Counted from the first letter of the whole stretch, positions 24,996 through 37,711 are shown. The stretch is DNA of 63,785 bases, filler included, from Octopus bimaculoides (GCF_001194135.2; 5 parts of 3 records of this genome joined end to end with filler, not necessarily neighbours in it), one strand, 5' to 3'. Numbers and translations are program-made. Notes: a model not told the origin generated them from the letters alone.

Positions 24996-25047
<52 letters not shown>

Positions 25048-25224
25048 GAATTTATTACCTTGTAGCATTATAAGACTGATCATCCTCTACTAATGATTGT
25101 GCATGTCTCATGTAAAACTTTATATGAAACTACAGATTATCAAAATCTGTAGCATCATAAAATTATTCAGTTTAATATCGGTACGCATACATTTTAGTAT
25201 TCTTGAGTTTCCAAAGAATTATGA

Positions 25225-25410
25225 GAGAGGAGTAAAACACGTTGGTATTTGAACTCAGAACGCGAGGAATAGAACAAAGAACGCAAAGTCTCTGGTCAGT
25301 CGTTCTTATAGTTTTGTCCATCCGTCCGTCCGTCCCCGCTAAACTGATATCTTTATGGACCACGAAAGGATGAAATGCAAAGTTGATTTCAGTGGGATTT
25401 GAGCTCAACG
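25225..25410 (-). mobile_element. SINE family D (diverged, interrupted by (GTCC)n)
   Basis: Contains tttgaactcagaacg and ggatgaaatgcaaagttgatttc motifs. Confidence 0.6.
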
Positions 25411-25455
25411 TGTTGAATGAATGGAGAGAGAGAGCGAAAGAGGGAGAGAGAGAGC

Positions 25456-25499
<44 letters not shown>

Positions 25500-26164
25500 N
25501 NNNNNNNNNNNNNNNNNNNNNNNNNNNNNNNNNNNNNNNNNNNNNNNNNNNNNNNNNNNNNNNNNNNNNNNNNNNNNNNNNNNNNNNNNNNNNNNNNNNN
25601 NNNNNNNNNNNNNNNNNNNNNNNNNNNNNNNNNNNNNNNNNNNNNNNNNNNNNNNNNNNNNNNNNNNNNNNNNNNNNNNNNNNNNNNNNNNNNNNNNNNN
25701 NNNNNNNNNNNNNNNNNNNNNNNNNNNNNNNNNNNNNNNNNNNNNNNNNNNNNNNNNNNNNNNNNNNNNNNNNNNNNNNNNNNNNNNNNNNNNNNNNNNN
25801 NNNNNNNNNNNNNNNNNNNNNNNNNNNNNNNNNNNNNNNNNNNNNNNNNNNNNNNNNNNNNNNNNNNNNNNNNNNNNNNNNNNNNNNNNNNNNNNNNNNN
25901 NNNNNNNNNNNNNNNNNNNNNNNNNNNNNNNNNNNNNNNNNNNNNNNNNNNNNNNNNNNNNNNNNNNNNNNNNNNNNNNNNNNNNNNNNNNNNNNNNNNN
26001 NNNNNNNNNNNNNNNNNNNNNNNNNNNNNNNNNNNNNNNNNNNNNNNNNNNNNNNNNNNNNNNNNNNNNNNNNNNNNNNNNNNNNNNNNNNNNNNNNNNN
26101 NNNNNNNNNNNNNNNNNNNNNNNNCATAGCTCTTCGTCGGAAAGGAGAAAGGGAAAAGTCCAAC

Positions 26165-26210
<46 letters not shown>

Positions 26211-26412
26211 AACACATCCACCCACACATATTTGTATATTTACTATATTTACTAGGATATTTTGATTCAGTATGCTGTACCAAATATTTTCCTCTCAGAG
26301 TTTAGATCAACGTTCCAATAATCTATGCGTTTTGTGTTGAAACAATATTATTGAAACAAGGATAGGTTATATAGTTATGGAATATGAGTCAAATGATATT
26401 TGGATATTTGTT

Positions 26413-26471
<59 letters not shown>

Positions 26472-26668
26472 AATAATAATATTTGGTTTTATTACTCATA
26501 TATGTGTGTGTGTGTGTAAATGAAAATACAACGAATAAAATAACACGTTAACACTTTAATCGAAGGAGAAAATGATTTATCTTTTCAGACGTTAGTCGTT
26601 CATCAGAAGAAATTGAAAAGCGTGGGAGAGCGAGAAGCAAAATTAGTGAAACAGAAACAATATATATA

Positions 26669-26768
26669 NNNNNNNNNNNNNNNNNNNNNNNNNNNNNNNN
26701 NNNNNNNNNNNNTTAATTAATTAANNNNNNNNNNNNNNNNNNNNNNNNNNNNNNNNNNNNNNNNNNNN
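26669..26768. other. Artificial 100-bp scaffold spacer N44-TTAATTAATTAA-N44
   Basis: The same 12-mer sits inside N runs at 26713, 30349, 38062 and 55865, and encodes stops in all six frames. Confidence 0.95.
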
Positions 26769-26797
<29 letters not shown>

Positions 26798-26799
<2 letters not shown>

Positions 26800-26965
26800 C
26801 ACAGGGATGGCTGTGTGGTAAGTAGCTTGCTTACCAACCACATGGTTCCGGGTTCAGTCCCACTGCATGGCATCTTGAGCAAGTGTCTTCTACTATAGCC
26901 TCGGGCCGACCAAAGCTTTGTGAGTGGATTTCATAGACAGAAACTGATAGAAGTCTGTCGTATAT
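26798..26965 (+). mobile_element. SINE family A head
   Basis: Matches family A consensus; ends in its internal (TA)n. Confidence 0.9.
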
Positions 26966-27418
26966 ATCATCATCATCATCGTCATCGTTTAACATCTGCT
27001 TTCCATGCTAGCTAGCATGGGTTGGACGATTTGACTGAGGACTGGTGAAACCAGATGGCTACACCAGGCTCCAATCTGATTTGGCAGAGTTTCTACAGCT
27101 GGATACCCTTCCTAACGCCAACCACTCAGAGAGTGTAGTGGGTGCTTTTTACGTGCCACCAGCACGAAGGCCAGTCAGGCAGTACTGGCAACGGCCACGC
27201 TCAAAATGGTGTATTTTATGTGTCACACACACAAGAGCCAGTCCAGGGGCACTGGCAACGACCTCGCTGGAAAGTCCTTACACATGCCACAGGCACAAGT
27301 GCCAGAAAGGCGATGCTGGGCACAGGTGCCATCACAATTTCGCTTTCGCTTGCCCCAATAAGTCTTCGCAAGCTGAGTTTCGTGTCCAATGAAGGAGACG
27401 ATGTTGGCATGGGTGCCA
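26966..27418 (-). mobile_element. Retroposon family C (RTE-like 3' end, (GAT)n tail), longest copy
   Basis: Contains ctggat(g/a)cccttcctaacgccaaccactc and a catcatcat tail; (TA)n on both sides. Confidence 0.85.
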
Positions 27419-28567
27419 TATATATATATATATATATATATACTTAGATTGTTGAAAATATTGATAATAGGGCCCCTCCAATGGATCCTTCTATCTACTA
27501 CATATGACTAATATTTTATTTAAACAACCTAAGGGAAATAACCCATACCACCTGCAGTTTTTAGGAAAGCGATCAATATTTGATTCTCACGACACAATCA
27601 GCCGACCCAATTCTGCATTTCTCTACTCAGTTTTGAACTGCTAAACATTATTATTGCACTTCCTTGATTTGAATCTTAAACCTTAAAGACTTTAATCATA
27701 CATTTCTATACCTACATACTTTTTTGAATGCCCATTACTCCAATAATTCCACATTTTTACAGTCATATTTTTTCCATGACAGTAGATAAATTTTTTTATT
27801 CCACAACGTATTTGTAGTGGCTTCATGCAGGCATAGCGTGGATTCAATCCTCAATTGCCTAATTTCACTTAACACTTCAACAGCACTTTTCACATGGTAA
27901 AACAATAGTTTTCCTGTGAATGACAGCAGTTATACTTCCCAGATGCCTTTGCTAAGCAGAATAATGTCTTTGCCACTTGACCCTTCTAACCTCTTCGAGG
28001 CCACCAGGGGCTGGAATGGAGATAACAGACTTCCAACGAAATCATTTGTTCTTAACAATATGTATATCCTTCAGGCTGCTTTTCGATAGTTATAAAAACA
28101 AGAACTCCATAAGCTAAAGGCAGTTACTGAGAGCGACCATCAGTGAGTGTGAACGTTATTATTACACTTTCTTCATTTCATTCTTAAACATTAAACACTT
28201 CATTCATATATTTATATACATATATACTACATTTATATATTACATTTAATAAATTAGCCTTCATAAAGTTCACCTTTAAAATGCCACAAGTCAGAGAACT
28301 TTCTCACCAACCTGTGAGAACCTCTCTCGCCAACCTCCAACAATCTCTTCTTCCTCCAGTTGACAGTTTTTTGTACTTTTTACGAAGGAAAATACACCGT
28401 TTGTGGCAGTTATAACGAAATTGCTTTCTTATATCAGAGTAATAAGGCGTTTCAATAGAACATCTTTATCATCGAGAATTACCAGGTACACCAGCTAGTA
28501 TATGTATGTATATATATATATATATATATGTATATATCAGGTCACTTGCTATGCAAGTACATCTCCG

Positions 28568-28608
<41 letters not shown>

Positions 28609-28945
28609 GTATGTATAATAAATANNNNNNNNNNNNNNNNNNNNNNNNNNNNNNNNNNNNNNNNNNNNNNNNNNNNNNNNNNNNNNNNNNNNNNNNNNNN
28701 NNNNNNNNNNNNNNNNNNNNNNNNNNNNNNNNNNNNNNNNNNNNNNNNNNNNNNNNNNNNNNNNNNNNNNNNNNNNNNNNNNNNNNNNNNNNNNNNNNNN
28801 NNNNNNNNNNNNNNNNNNNNNNNNNNNNNNNNNNNNNNNNNNNNNNNNNNNNNNNNNNNNNNNNNNNNNNNNNNNNNNNNNNNNNNNNNNNNNNNNNNNN
28901 NNNNNNNNNNNNNNNNNNNNNNNNNNNNNNNNNNNNNNNNNNNNN

Positions 28946-29116
28946 AAAAGCACCCACTACATTCTCTGGGTGGTTGGCGTTAGGAAGGGCATCCAGCTGT
29001 AGAAACTCTGCCAAATTAGATTGGAGCCTGGTGTTGCCATCCGGTTTCACCAGTCCTCAGTCAATTCGTCCAACCCATGCTAGCATGGAAAGCGGACGTT
29101 AAACGATGATGATGAA
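28946..29116 (+). mobile_element. Retroposon family C 3' end
   Basis: Matches family C; tail abuts (TA)n. Confidence 0.88.
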
Positions 29117-29117
29117 G

Positions 29118-29156
<39 letters not shown>

Positions 29157-29850
29157 GTATGTATAATAAATATGTTAGTATACATACATATATTATATGT
29201 TTGTGTAAATATAGATGCGTTATATCTGCATTATATATATATTTGTATATACACACACACACACACATTATCATGCACACATTTGTATCTACACACACAT
29301 ATAATTTATATTGAATATGCTTGAATATGTAGGCGTGGGGTAAGATTTCTTTTGAGGCCCAGGAATGAGGTGAGAAAGGAAAAACGAAACTCCTCTAGCA
29401 TTTTTACACCTTGCATTTCATCCCAACCCTAGACAGAGAGGGTATCTGTCTTGTGTCAAAAGTGTGAGGAGTTCACACAAGAAAGACATGTACTGTATTA
29501 GATAACATAAAAGACACACCTTGTTTTTCCAAAAATAAAACGTGACAAAAAAAAATCACATAGGGTCCTCTATGAGAAGTTAAGGCTATAGTACATGCTT
29601 TACTGAACTGATTTTTTTTATTTTGCATATATATATAAAAGTTCAAATAAAGGTTACAAACCTCATTAAGGTATAATAAAATCCAATGAATATACTGGTT
29701 TATTACCTATTACAAGAAGTATTGAATATTACAATTAATATTCAACTGTAAGGTGACTGGATAAACCAGGGTTTATATGTATTTTTAAGAAAGTAAGAAA
29801 ATAGAGAGATAATTAAATTAATAAATAACTATAAATAATAAATAACTATA

Positions 29851-30247
29851 GGCACAGGAATGGCTGTGTGGTAAGTAGTTTGCTTACCAACCACATGGTT
29901 CCAGGTCCAGTCCCACTGCATGGCATCTTGTGCAAGTGTCTTCTACTATAGCCTCGTGCCAACCAAAGCCTTGTGGGTGGATTTGGTAGACGGAAACTGA
30001 AAGAAGCCCGTCATATATATGTATATATATATGTGTGTGTGTGTCTGTGTTTGTCCCCCTAGCATTGCTTGACAACCGATGCTGTTGTGTTTATGTCCCC
30101 GTCACTTAGCGGTTCGGCAAAAGAGACCGATAGAATAAGTACTAGGCTTACAAAGAATAAGTCCCGGGGTTGATTTGCTTGACTAAAGGCGGTGCTCTAG
30201 CATGGCCGCAGTCAAATGACTGAAACAAGTAAAAGAATAAAAAGAGT
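29851..30247 (+). mobile_element. Full-length SINE family A (head, internal TA/TG tract, 3' body)
   Basis: Complete head and body through ...tgactgaaacaagtaaaagaat. Confidence 0.95.
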
Positions 30248-30871
30248 ATTAATTTAATTATTTCTCTATTTTCTTAGTTTCTTTATATATATATATATAT
30301 ATATNNNNNNNNNNNNNNNNNNNNNNNNNNNNNNNNNNNNNNNNNNNNTTAATTAATTAANNNNNNNNNNNNNNNNNNNNNNNNNNNNNNNNNNNNNNNN
30401 NNNNTATATATATATATATATATGTATATATATGTATATATATGTATATGTATGTATGTGTGTATATACATGCATACATTTATATAAATACATATCTACA
30501 TAATACATAGATAATACTTACATACATACATGCATACATACATACACGCGTGCGCACACACACACACACACGCACACGATCAAACAAACTCGGAAATGAG
30601 GCTGGTGTTGGTCTGTGTCGGCATGTCTTATATACTAAATAGTAAAATGAATTTACTAGTAGTTTTGGTAGTAGTTCTTGTTCACATATGAAGCTCACGT
30701 GGTACCGTATTCCGTATCTGTTGCAGCATGTTTTTTTCGACTTAGAGGATCTAATACTCTGCCGTTTCTCATTAATTTCTCTCTTTTCAACTTCTCCAGG
30801 AAGAAGTACTCTTTTTGAAAAGTTAGATTTTGTATCCTTACCCAAGTTCATCGTACACTTTTTACTGCTTT

Positions 30872-30919
<48 letters not shown>

Positions 30920-31043
30920 NNNNNNNNNNNNNNNNNNNNNNNNNNNNNNNNNNNNNNNNNNNNNNNNNNNNNNNNNNNNNNNNNNNNNNNNNNNNNNNNN
31001 NNNNNNNNNNNNNNNNNNNNNNNNNNNNNNNNNNNNNNNNNNN

Positions 31044-31098
<55 letters not shown>

Positions 31099-31322
31099 AT
31101 ATGTATGTATGTATGCATGTACCTTATTAGCACTCTGATATAATCCAGATGTGGCTAACCACATCGAATGATAGGAAACATAAAGAATTGTCTAAGATAA
31201 GAAATTAAACGGTACTTCAGTCGATAGGTAAATTCTGAGTTCGTTTCATTGGATTTCATAAAATCAAAACATAATAGAGAAGAATGGAGAACCATACATC
31301 TTCAAAAGTTCGCTTCACTCAC

Positions 31323-31391
31323 TGGGATAGGTTAAAAACCCTTGAATAAAGCTGCATAGGAACGTCTACCTTGGATGAATATATACTGCAA
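31323..31391 (-). CDS. Candidate symmetric (phase 2-2) 69-nt internal exon CSIYSSKVDVPMQLYSRVFNLS
   Basis: Acceptor taattcag| and donor CA|gtgagt; frame open. Confidence 0.35.
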
Positions 31392-32240
31392 CTGAATTAA
31401 TTAAATGCACTTATCCAGCAGAAAACATGTCGGATTGGAATTTAATGAGAATACTGTAATTAAATTTTGAACATGGTATAATTCTCCATTCTTTTCTATG
31501 GTGTGTAAATATATATATATATATATATATCTATATATATATATATATATATATATATNNNNNNNNNNNNNNNNNNNNNNNNNNNNNNNNNNNNNNNNNN
31601 NNNNNNNNNNNNNNNNNNNNNNNNNNNNNNNNNNNNNNNNNNNNNNNNNNNNNNNNNNNNNNNNNNNNNNNNNNNNNNNNNNNNNNNNNNNNNNNNNNNN
31701 NNNNNNNNNNNNNNNNNNNNNNNNNNNNNNNNNNNNNNNNNNNNNNNNNNNNNNNNNNNNNNNNNNNNNNNNNNNNNNNNNNNNNNNNNNNNNNNNNNNN
31801 NNNNNNNNNNNNNNNNNNNNNNNNNNNNNNNNNNNNNNNNNNNNNNNNNNNNNNNNNNNNNNNNNNNNNNNNNNNNNNNNNNNNNNNNNNNNNNNNNNNN
31901 NNNNNNNNNNNNNNNNNNNNNNNNNNNNNNNNNNNNNNNNNNNNNNNNNNNNNNNNNNNNNNNNNNNNNNNNNNNNNNNNNNNNNNNNNNNNNNNNNNNN
32001 NNNNNNNNNNNNNNNNNNNNNNNNNNNNNNNNNNNNNNNNNNNNNNNNNNNNNNNNNNNNNNNNNNNNNNNNNNNNNNTTTTTTTTTTTTTTACTTTCCC
32101 TTTTAGTTTCAAATCAAGCGTTCATCAAACAAAATTTTAAACGAAGAAAAGAAAACCAATTAAAAAAATTAATTTAAAGAAATGACAAGATTAAAAAAAA
32201 TGAATAATAGCTCAGAAGGGTATGGTGAGATTTGTAATTA

Positions 32241-32570
32241 TTACAAGAAAAATGGTAACAACAAAAACATCAACATCGGTGCTAACAATAAAGACGACTT
32301 GATAAAATGGCATAGTATAAGCAATGAACATTTAATAACAGTATTATTGGTTGTAATCGAAGAGCAAGCGTTATCAATGGTACAGTTCTTGTTGAACAGT
32401 TCTTGGAGAGATTGAAGGAGCTTTGCAGTAGTTGTGTGCAGAAGTGGTTGAATATCCAGTAAGCCTGTGTGCATTACTTCAGCAGTAGAAAGAACAGTAG
32501 CGGTTGCAGTATATTAGCAGTAAATAGTACTTCTGTTTTGGTACAGTGTTGTTGTTGTTGTAGTGGTATC
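32241..32570 (-). pseudogene. Thr/Ser-rich ORF ending in a hydrophobic GPI-signal-like tail; one in-frame stop upstream
   Basis: Reads SDTTTTTTT..*YTATATVLSTAE..NKNCTIDNACSSITT..SLLLAPMLMFLLLPFFL*. Confidence 0.3.
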
Positions 32571-32831
32571 AGAATTTCATGGATGTTATACTATTAGCTT
32601 GTCAGATAAATTCGTTCGTCCCCCCCCCCCCCCNNNNNNNNNNNNNNNNNNNNNNNNNNACCAACAATCCTTTCCAATGTTATTTGAATTCATACGAAAA
32701 AAAAATTTTTCCGTAGTGTTTTATGCTTTTTGTTGCTCTATTCTTCCTCTACAACTTTTGTTTATTGTTTTTGAAATTTGAATAAATTTTTTAATGTTTT
32801 TTCACTCATGACGATCGAGTGCCAAATCGGA

Positions 32832-32863
<32 letters not shown>

Positions 32864-33196
32864 ACGAACAAATTTATCTGACAACCCAATAGTATTAACT
32901 GGTAACAACTACCACTACTACACACTCACACGCACATACACATATTTATATATTTATAGTTGTTGTCATAATAGCCAAGATGACACGACAGATTATTAAT
33001 ATGTTTTCTGAGTAAGATTGTGATTGTGGTAGCAGTCGTTACAAGTAGGTGTTTTGTAATTGTAGAATTTGCAAGACAAATTTTAAATCTGTGGCCTGTT
33101 GACAAAATGGTGACACTTGTACTATAACTGTAACCCAGGGGAATATCAGTAGTACGTATGTTATACTTGTAATGATTGTTGTAGGTGTGGTTAATT

Positions 33197-34035
33197 GAAG
33201 GCGCGTGGCCTAGTGGTTAGGGTTTTTCCACACGATCGCAAGGTCGTGGATTCAGTTCCCGGACTGGGTGGTGCGTTGTGTTTTGGAGCAAAACACTTTA
33301 TTTCACTTTCTCCGATATACTCCTGCGACGGATTGGTGTCCGGCAAAATTTGTTCCCACGAGAGTTCCGGNNNNNNNNNNATACAGCCCATCAGAGCTCA
33401 ACTATCAAACTAGTGTCCACCTAGTCACGAAAATACTCTGGTTGAGTTCAGTGGAAAATGTGTGCTATAGCGAAATCTGTTTTAAACGGGTTAATAGGGG
33501 TGACAAACGTGAAGTTTAGTATATAACGTGAATGGAGAGCTGCTCACCAATGATGCCATAAGTGTTGCCAATTCGCGTAATTTACTAGAAAATGTAAATG
33601 CGTGTAGTTTCCTAATTTTTTGACTGATTTTGTACATTCCTAATTTTAAATGTTGATGTTTATCTGGAAACATCGTAATCAATATGGCGTTGTGTCGTAT
33701 TGCGCCCTCCTTGCATATATCAATGGGTACATGCAGTATCACTAACCTCAGTCTGAGCATAAGTACCTAATGTTAGCTACATATAGTGATGGTGCTCAAC
33801 TGATCTATAAGGATCGTGGGGGGGATGTAGTGCTTATGTGAAACCTGTTATGCTGTACTTACAGAGTGGAATGCACCATTCTATGCCTGACTGGCTGTCC
33901 TGTGGTAGTACACAGTATGTGGATTTACTAGGGTCCGGAACTCTCGTGGGAAAAAAATTGTGCGTCCCGTTCAGGGATATGTTGTGATCGCGGTCATCTA
34001 TACGCCATGGAAACCGGGTAACTGGCCCTATGAAT
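33197..34035 (+). mobile_element. tRNA-head SINE with V-domain-like body, split by a TIR element
   Basis: Head gaaggcgcgtggcctagtggttagg. The ctgcgacggattggtgtcc motif resumes after the insertion as gtcccgttcaggg. Confidence 0.7.
33342..33963. mobile_element. ~620-bp non-autonomous DNA element with ~29-bp TIRs and 4-5-bp TSD
   Basis: Left end ggcaaaatttgttcccacgagagttccgg; right end ccggaactctcgtgggaaaaaaattgtgc; gtcc flanks both. Confidence 0.65.
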
Positions 34036-34974
34036 CCAAAGACGCGAGAAATAATGTCAAGGAAGTCACCTGGTAGTAGTAGTAGTTGTTGTATGGAGCA
34101 GATTTTATGATTCCTGTAGCTTGTACACTTGAAATGGTAATACAGGTGTTATAACCAATGACAGGAAATGTATTCTCAATGTGACATTGTTGTTATGTTT
34201 TGCGAACGTAGGATGTTTTACATTAGCTCTGTTGGTTCAGCTGTTATATTAGAAAGTTTATTGAGGCAATAGTATGACACACTCTCCGTGTGGTGGCATA
34301 TATTAGAAGCAGTGATTGAGGTATTACATTTATTTATGGACGCAAGTGTAATTGCAGTATAACACAAATGACAAGAAGAATAGTAAAGAACGTCTGGTCT
34401 GGGTTATATTACATTAATCAAAGTGACATAGAATTTATGACAATTGAGTTATTAAAAAGAAACAAACATAAAAGCAGTAATAAAAACGCATGAATGTTGA
34501 AATAGATAAGTATTAGTTAATTAGTGGGTAACACAGAACGTGTTATTCACGTTGAGTTGCAAAAGTTACGTAAGTACAAATAACCCAGATTCATGAGCGT
34601 GATTGTGGTTGTAAGAGTGACTGGCATGGTTTGTTTTTTGATTGCAGTTGTTTGTTAATAGAAACAATGAAAGGGTAGAACGAATGACAGCGAATGGAGA
34701 TTGACTATAACGATACACAAGTTATAAAATCTGATTGTTATTTTCTTTAACCTTTTTTTTTTTTCCGATAGCTGCAGTAGCAAACATGATACACTTTGAA
34801 TCGTTACACAGGTAACAGGATGTTATATTTGTGTCCATTTGAGACTGTTGAGTCAAGGGCTAGCACAGAACATAAGCTTTTCAGTCACATAATAAAGGAG
34901 TCAAACACAATAATGACAAAAAAAAATGTGCCTGACTTATACAAAAGATGAAACATGTGAAGTGTTGATTTCAA

Positions 34975-35233
34975 ATTGTGGCTTAAGGCCAGGGAAGTCG
35001 GAGGAGGGGGTAAGTCGATTACATCGACCCCAGTATATAACAGGTACTTATTTTATCTATCCAGAAAAGATGAAAGGCAAAGTCGACCTCGACAGAATTT
35101 GAACTCAGAGCATAAAAACAGATATAATGTCGCTAAGCATTTTGACCGGCATGCTGTTTTGCCAGCTCGCCACCTTGTCGTTTGCTACATTAATAAGTGC
35201 TATAATGAAGTAGTAATAAAACTAGCAGTACAT

Positions 35234-35275
<42 letters not shown>

Positions 35276-36039
35276 ATCCTTGGTGACTGCTGTGAAAAAC
35301 GTTCAGTTTTGATATTGCAGTATTTGATATTGTCGATATAAAAATTCGAACTCTCGGGAGATTTTTTTTGTTTTACATGGAACCCCAGTTTTAGAGTGTT
35401 TTGTGCAGTAGTAGGTGGAGGGGCAGCAATGTGATAACAATAGCAGCAACAGGGATAATATTTAATCCTTTCTACTATAGACACAAGTCCTGAAATTTTG
35501 AGGGAGGGGGCTAGACGATTACATTGATCCCAGTGCTCAACTGGTATTTTTTCTATCGAGCCCGAAAGGATGAAAGGCAAAGTCGACCTCGGTGGAATTT
35601 GGCTAACAATTCTGCCACCTCACCACCTTTAATAATAATAATAATAATAATGATAATAATAATAATAATAATCCTTTCTACTATAGGCACAAGGCCTGAA
35701 ATTTGGGGAAGAGGTATAGTCGATTTCATCGACCTCAGTGCGTAACTGGTACTTATTTCATCGACCCCGAAAGGATGAAAGGCAAAGTCGACTTCGGCGG
35801 AATTTAAACTCAGAAAGTAANNNNNNNNNNNNNNNNNNNNNNNNNNNNNNNNNNNNNNNNNNNNNNNNNNNNNNNNNNNNNNNNNNNNNNNNNNNNNNNN
35901 NNNNNNNNNNNNNNNNNNNNNNNNNNNNNNNNNNNNNNNNNNNNNNNNNNNNNNNNNNNNNNNNNNNNNNNNNNNNNNNNNNNNNNNNNNNNNNNNNNNN
36001 NNNNNNNNNNNNNNNNNNNNNNNNNNNNNNNNNNNNNNN

Positions 36040-36096
<57 letters not shown>

Positions 36097-36201
36097 GAAG
36101 AAGAAGAAGAAGAAGGGTTCCATAATTAAATTTAATTATGGAACTCTTCTTCTTTATTTACATATTCCTTCCAGAGGAGTCATAGCAGCCCTAATATTAT
36201 C

Positions 36202-36240
<39 letters not shown>

Positions 36241-36690
36241 TAATAATAATAATAATAATCCTTTCTACTATAGGCACAAGGCCTGAAATTTGGGGAAGAG
36301 GTATAGTCGATTTCATCGACCTCAGTGCGTAACTGGTACTTATTTCATCGACCCCGAAAGGATGAAAGGCAAAGTCGACTTCGGCGGAATTTAAACTCAG
36401 AAAGTAAGAACGGACGAAATACCGCTAAGCATTCTTGCCAGCTCGCCGGCTTGAATAACAATAATAATCTTAAACAATTCCTTAAATAGGCGCAAGGCCT
36501 CAAATGTGAGAAAAGAGGTTAATCTTTTAAACTCAACTCCACTACTTAACTGGCACGTTAATTTTATTGTCTCTGTAAAGATTAAAAATGAAAGTCAACC
36601 TCATCGGGATTCAAACTCACAATATAAGGAGACAGTAATTGAATACTACCAGGTATTTTGCCTCCTGTTCTCCCGATATTGCTCATAAGA
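34975..36690 (-). mobile_element. Cluster of 4-5 co-oriented SINE family D copies separated by (TAA)n/(TAG)n
   Basis: Copies at about 34975-35175, 35455-35625, 35660-35820, 36250-36452 and 36478-36690. The third and fourth are probably one copy duplicated across a gap. Confidence 0.88.
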
Positions 36691-36967
36691 AAACATGATG
36701 TAGTCTTTCTTCTCTTTCGTTTGAACTTCCTCTCCCTCTCTCTCTGCTCGTCCTCCTTCCACTCCTCCCTCTACGACCTTTTCTTCTTTTCTCTATCATA
36801 TTCATTGTCGTTCTCTCGTTAACCACCATCTTACACCGCCATGCTCGCCAACACAAACTTACTATTTTGGCCCACTACTTTCTTCCCCATCTCCCTTCTT
36901 ACTCGTAATATATTTGCTTTCTTCCCCTGTTCTAGTCTGCCTTAAATTATGTTAATCCTCCAATTAA

Positions 36968-37010
<43 letters not shown>

Positions 37011-37664
37011 AATAAGGGCAGAGAATCGTCNNNNNNNNNNNNNNNNNNNNNNNNNNNNNNNNNNNNNNNNNNNNNNNNNNNNNNNNNNNNNNNNNNNNNN
37101 NNNNNNNNNNNNNNNNNNNNNNNNNNNNNNNNNNNNNNNNNNNNNNNNNNNNNNNNNNNNNNNNNNNNNNNNNNNNNNNNNNNNNNNNNNNNNNNNNNNN
37201 NNNNNNNNNNNNNNNNNNNNNNNNNNNNNNNNNNNNNNNNNNNNNNNNNNNNNNNNNNNNNNNNNNNNNNNNNNNNNNNNNNNNNNNNNNNNNNNNNNNN
37301 NNNNNNNNNNNNNNNNNNNNNNNNNNNNNNNNNNNNNNNNNNNNNNNNNNNNNNNNNNNNNNNNNNNNNNNNNNNNNNNNNNNNNNNNNNNNNNNNNNNN
37401 NNNNNNNNNNNNNNNNNNNNNNNNNNNNNNNNNNNNNNNNNNNNNNNNNNNNNNNNNNNNNNNNNNNNNNNNNNNNNNNNNNNNNNNNNNNNNNNNNNNN
37501 NNNNNNNNNNNNNNNNNNNNNNNNNNNNNNNNNNNNNNNNNNNNNNNNNNNNNNNNNNNNNNNNNNNNNNNNNNNNNNNNNNNNNNNNNNNNNNNNNNNN
37601 NNNNNNNNNNNNNNNNNNNNNNNNNNNNNNNNNNNNNNNNNNNNNNNNNNNNNNNNNNNNNNNN

Positions 37665-37711
<47 letters not shown>

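Noticed and set aside
26713-26724. Recurrent palindromic TTAATTAATTAA islands inside gaps (also 30349, 38062, 55865)
   Set aside because: Always centred in a fixed 100-bp N spacer and encodes stops in six frames: an assembly linker, not biology.
28569-29175. Apparent >50-bp TSD around a family C copy
   Set aside because: A gap intervenes and other copies lack long TSDs; more likely haplotype or overlap misassembly. Long reads would settle it.
30680-30860. KR-rich, CC-containing peptide resembling an insulin or toxin precursor
   Set aside because: Cysteine spacing does not fit an insulin A chain, and there is no convincing acceptor or signal peptide.
35660-36420. Identical ~160-bp SINE D segment on both sides of a gap
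   Set aside because: Exact identity flanking an N run suggests unmerged contig overlap at a microsatellite.
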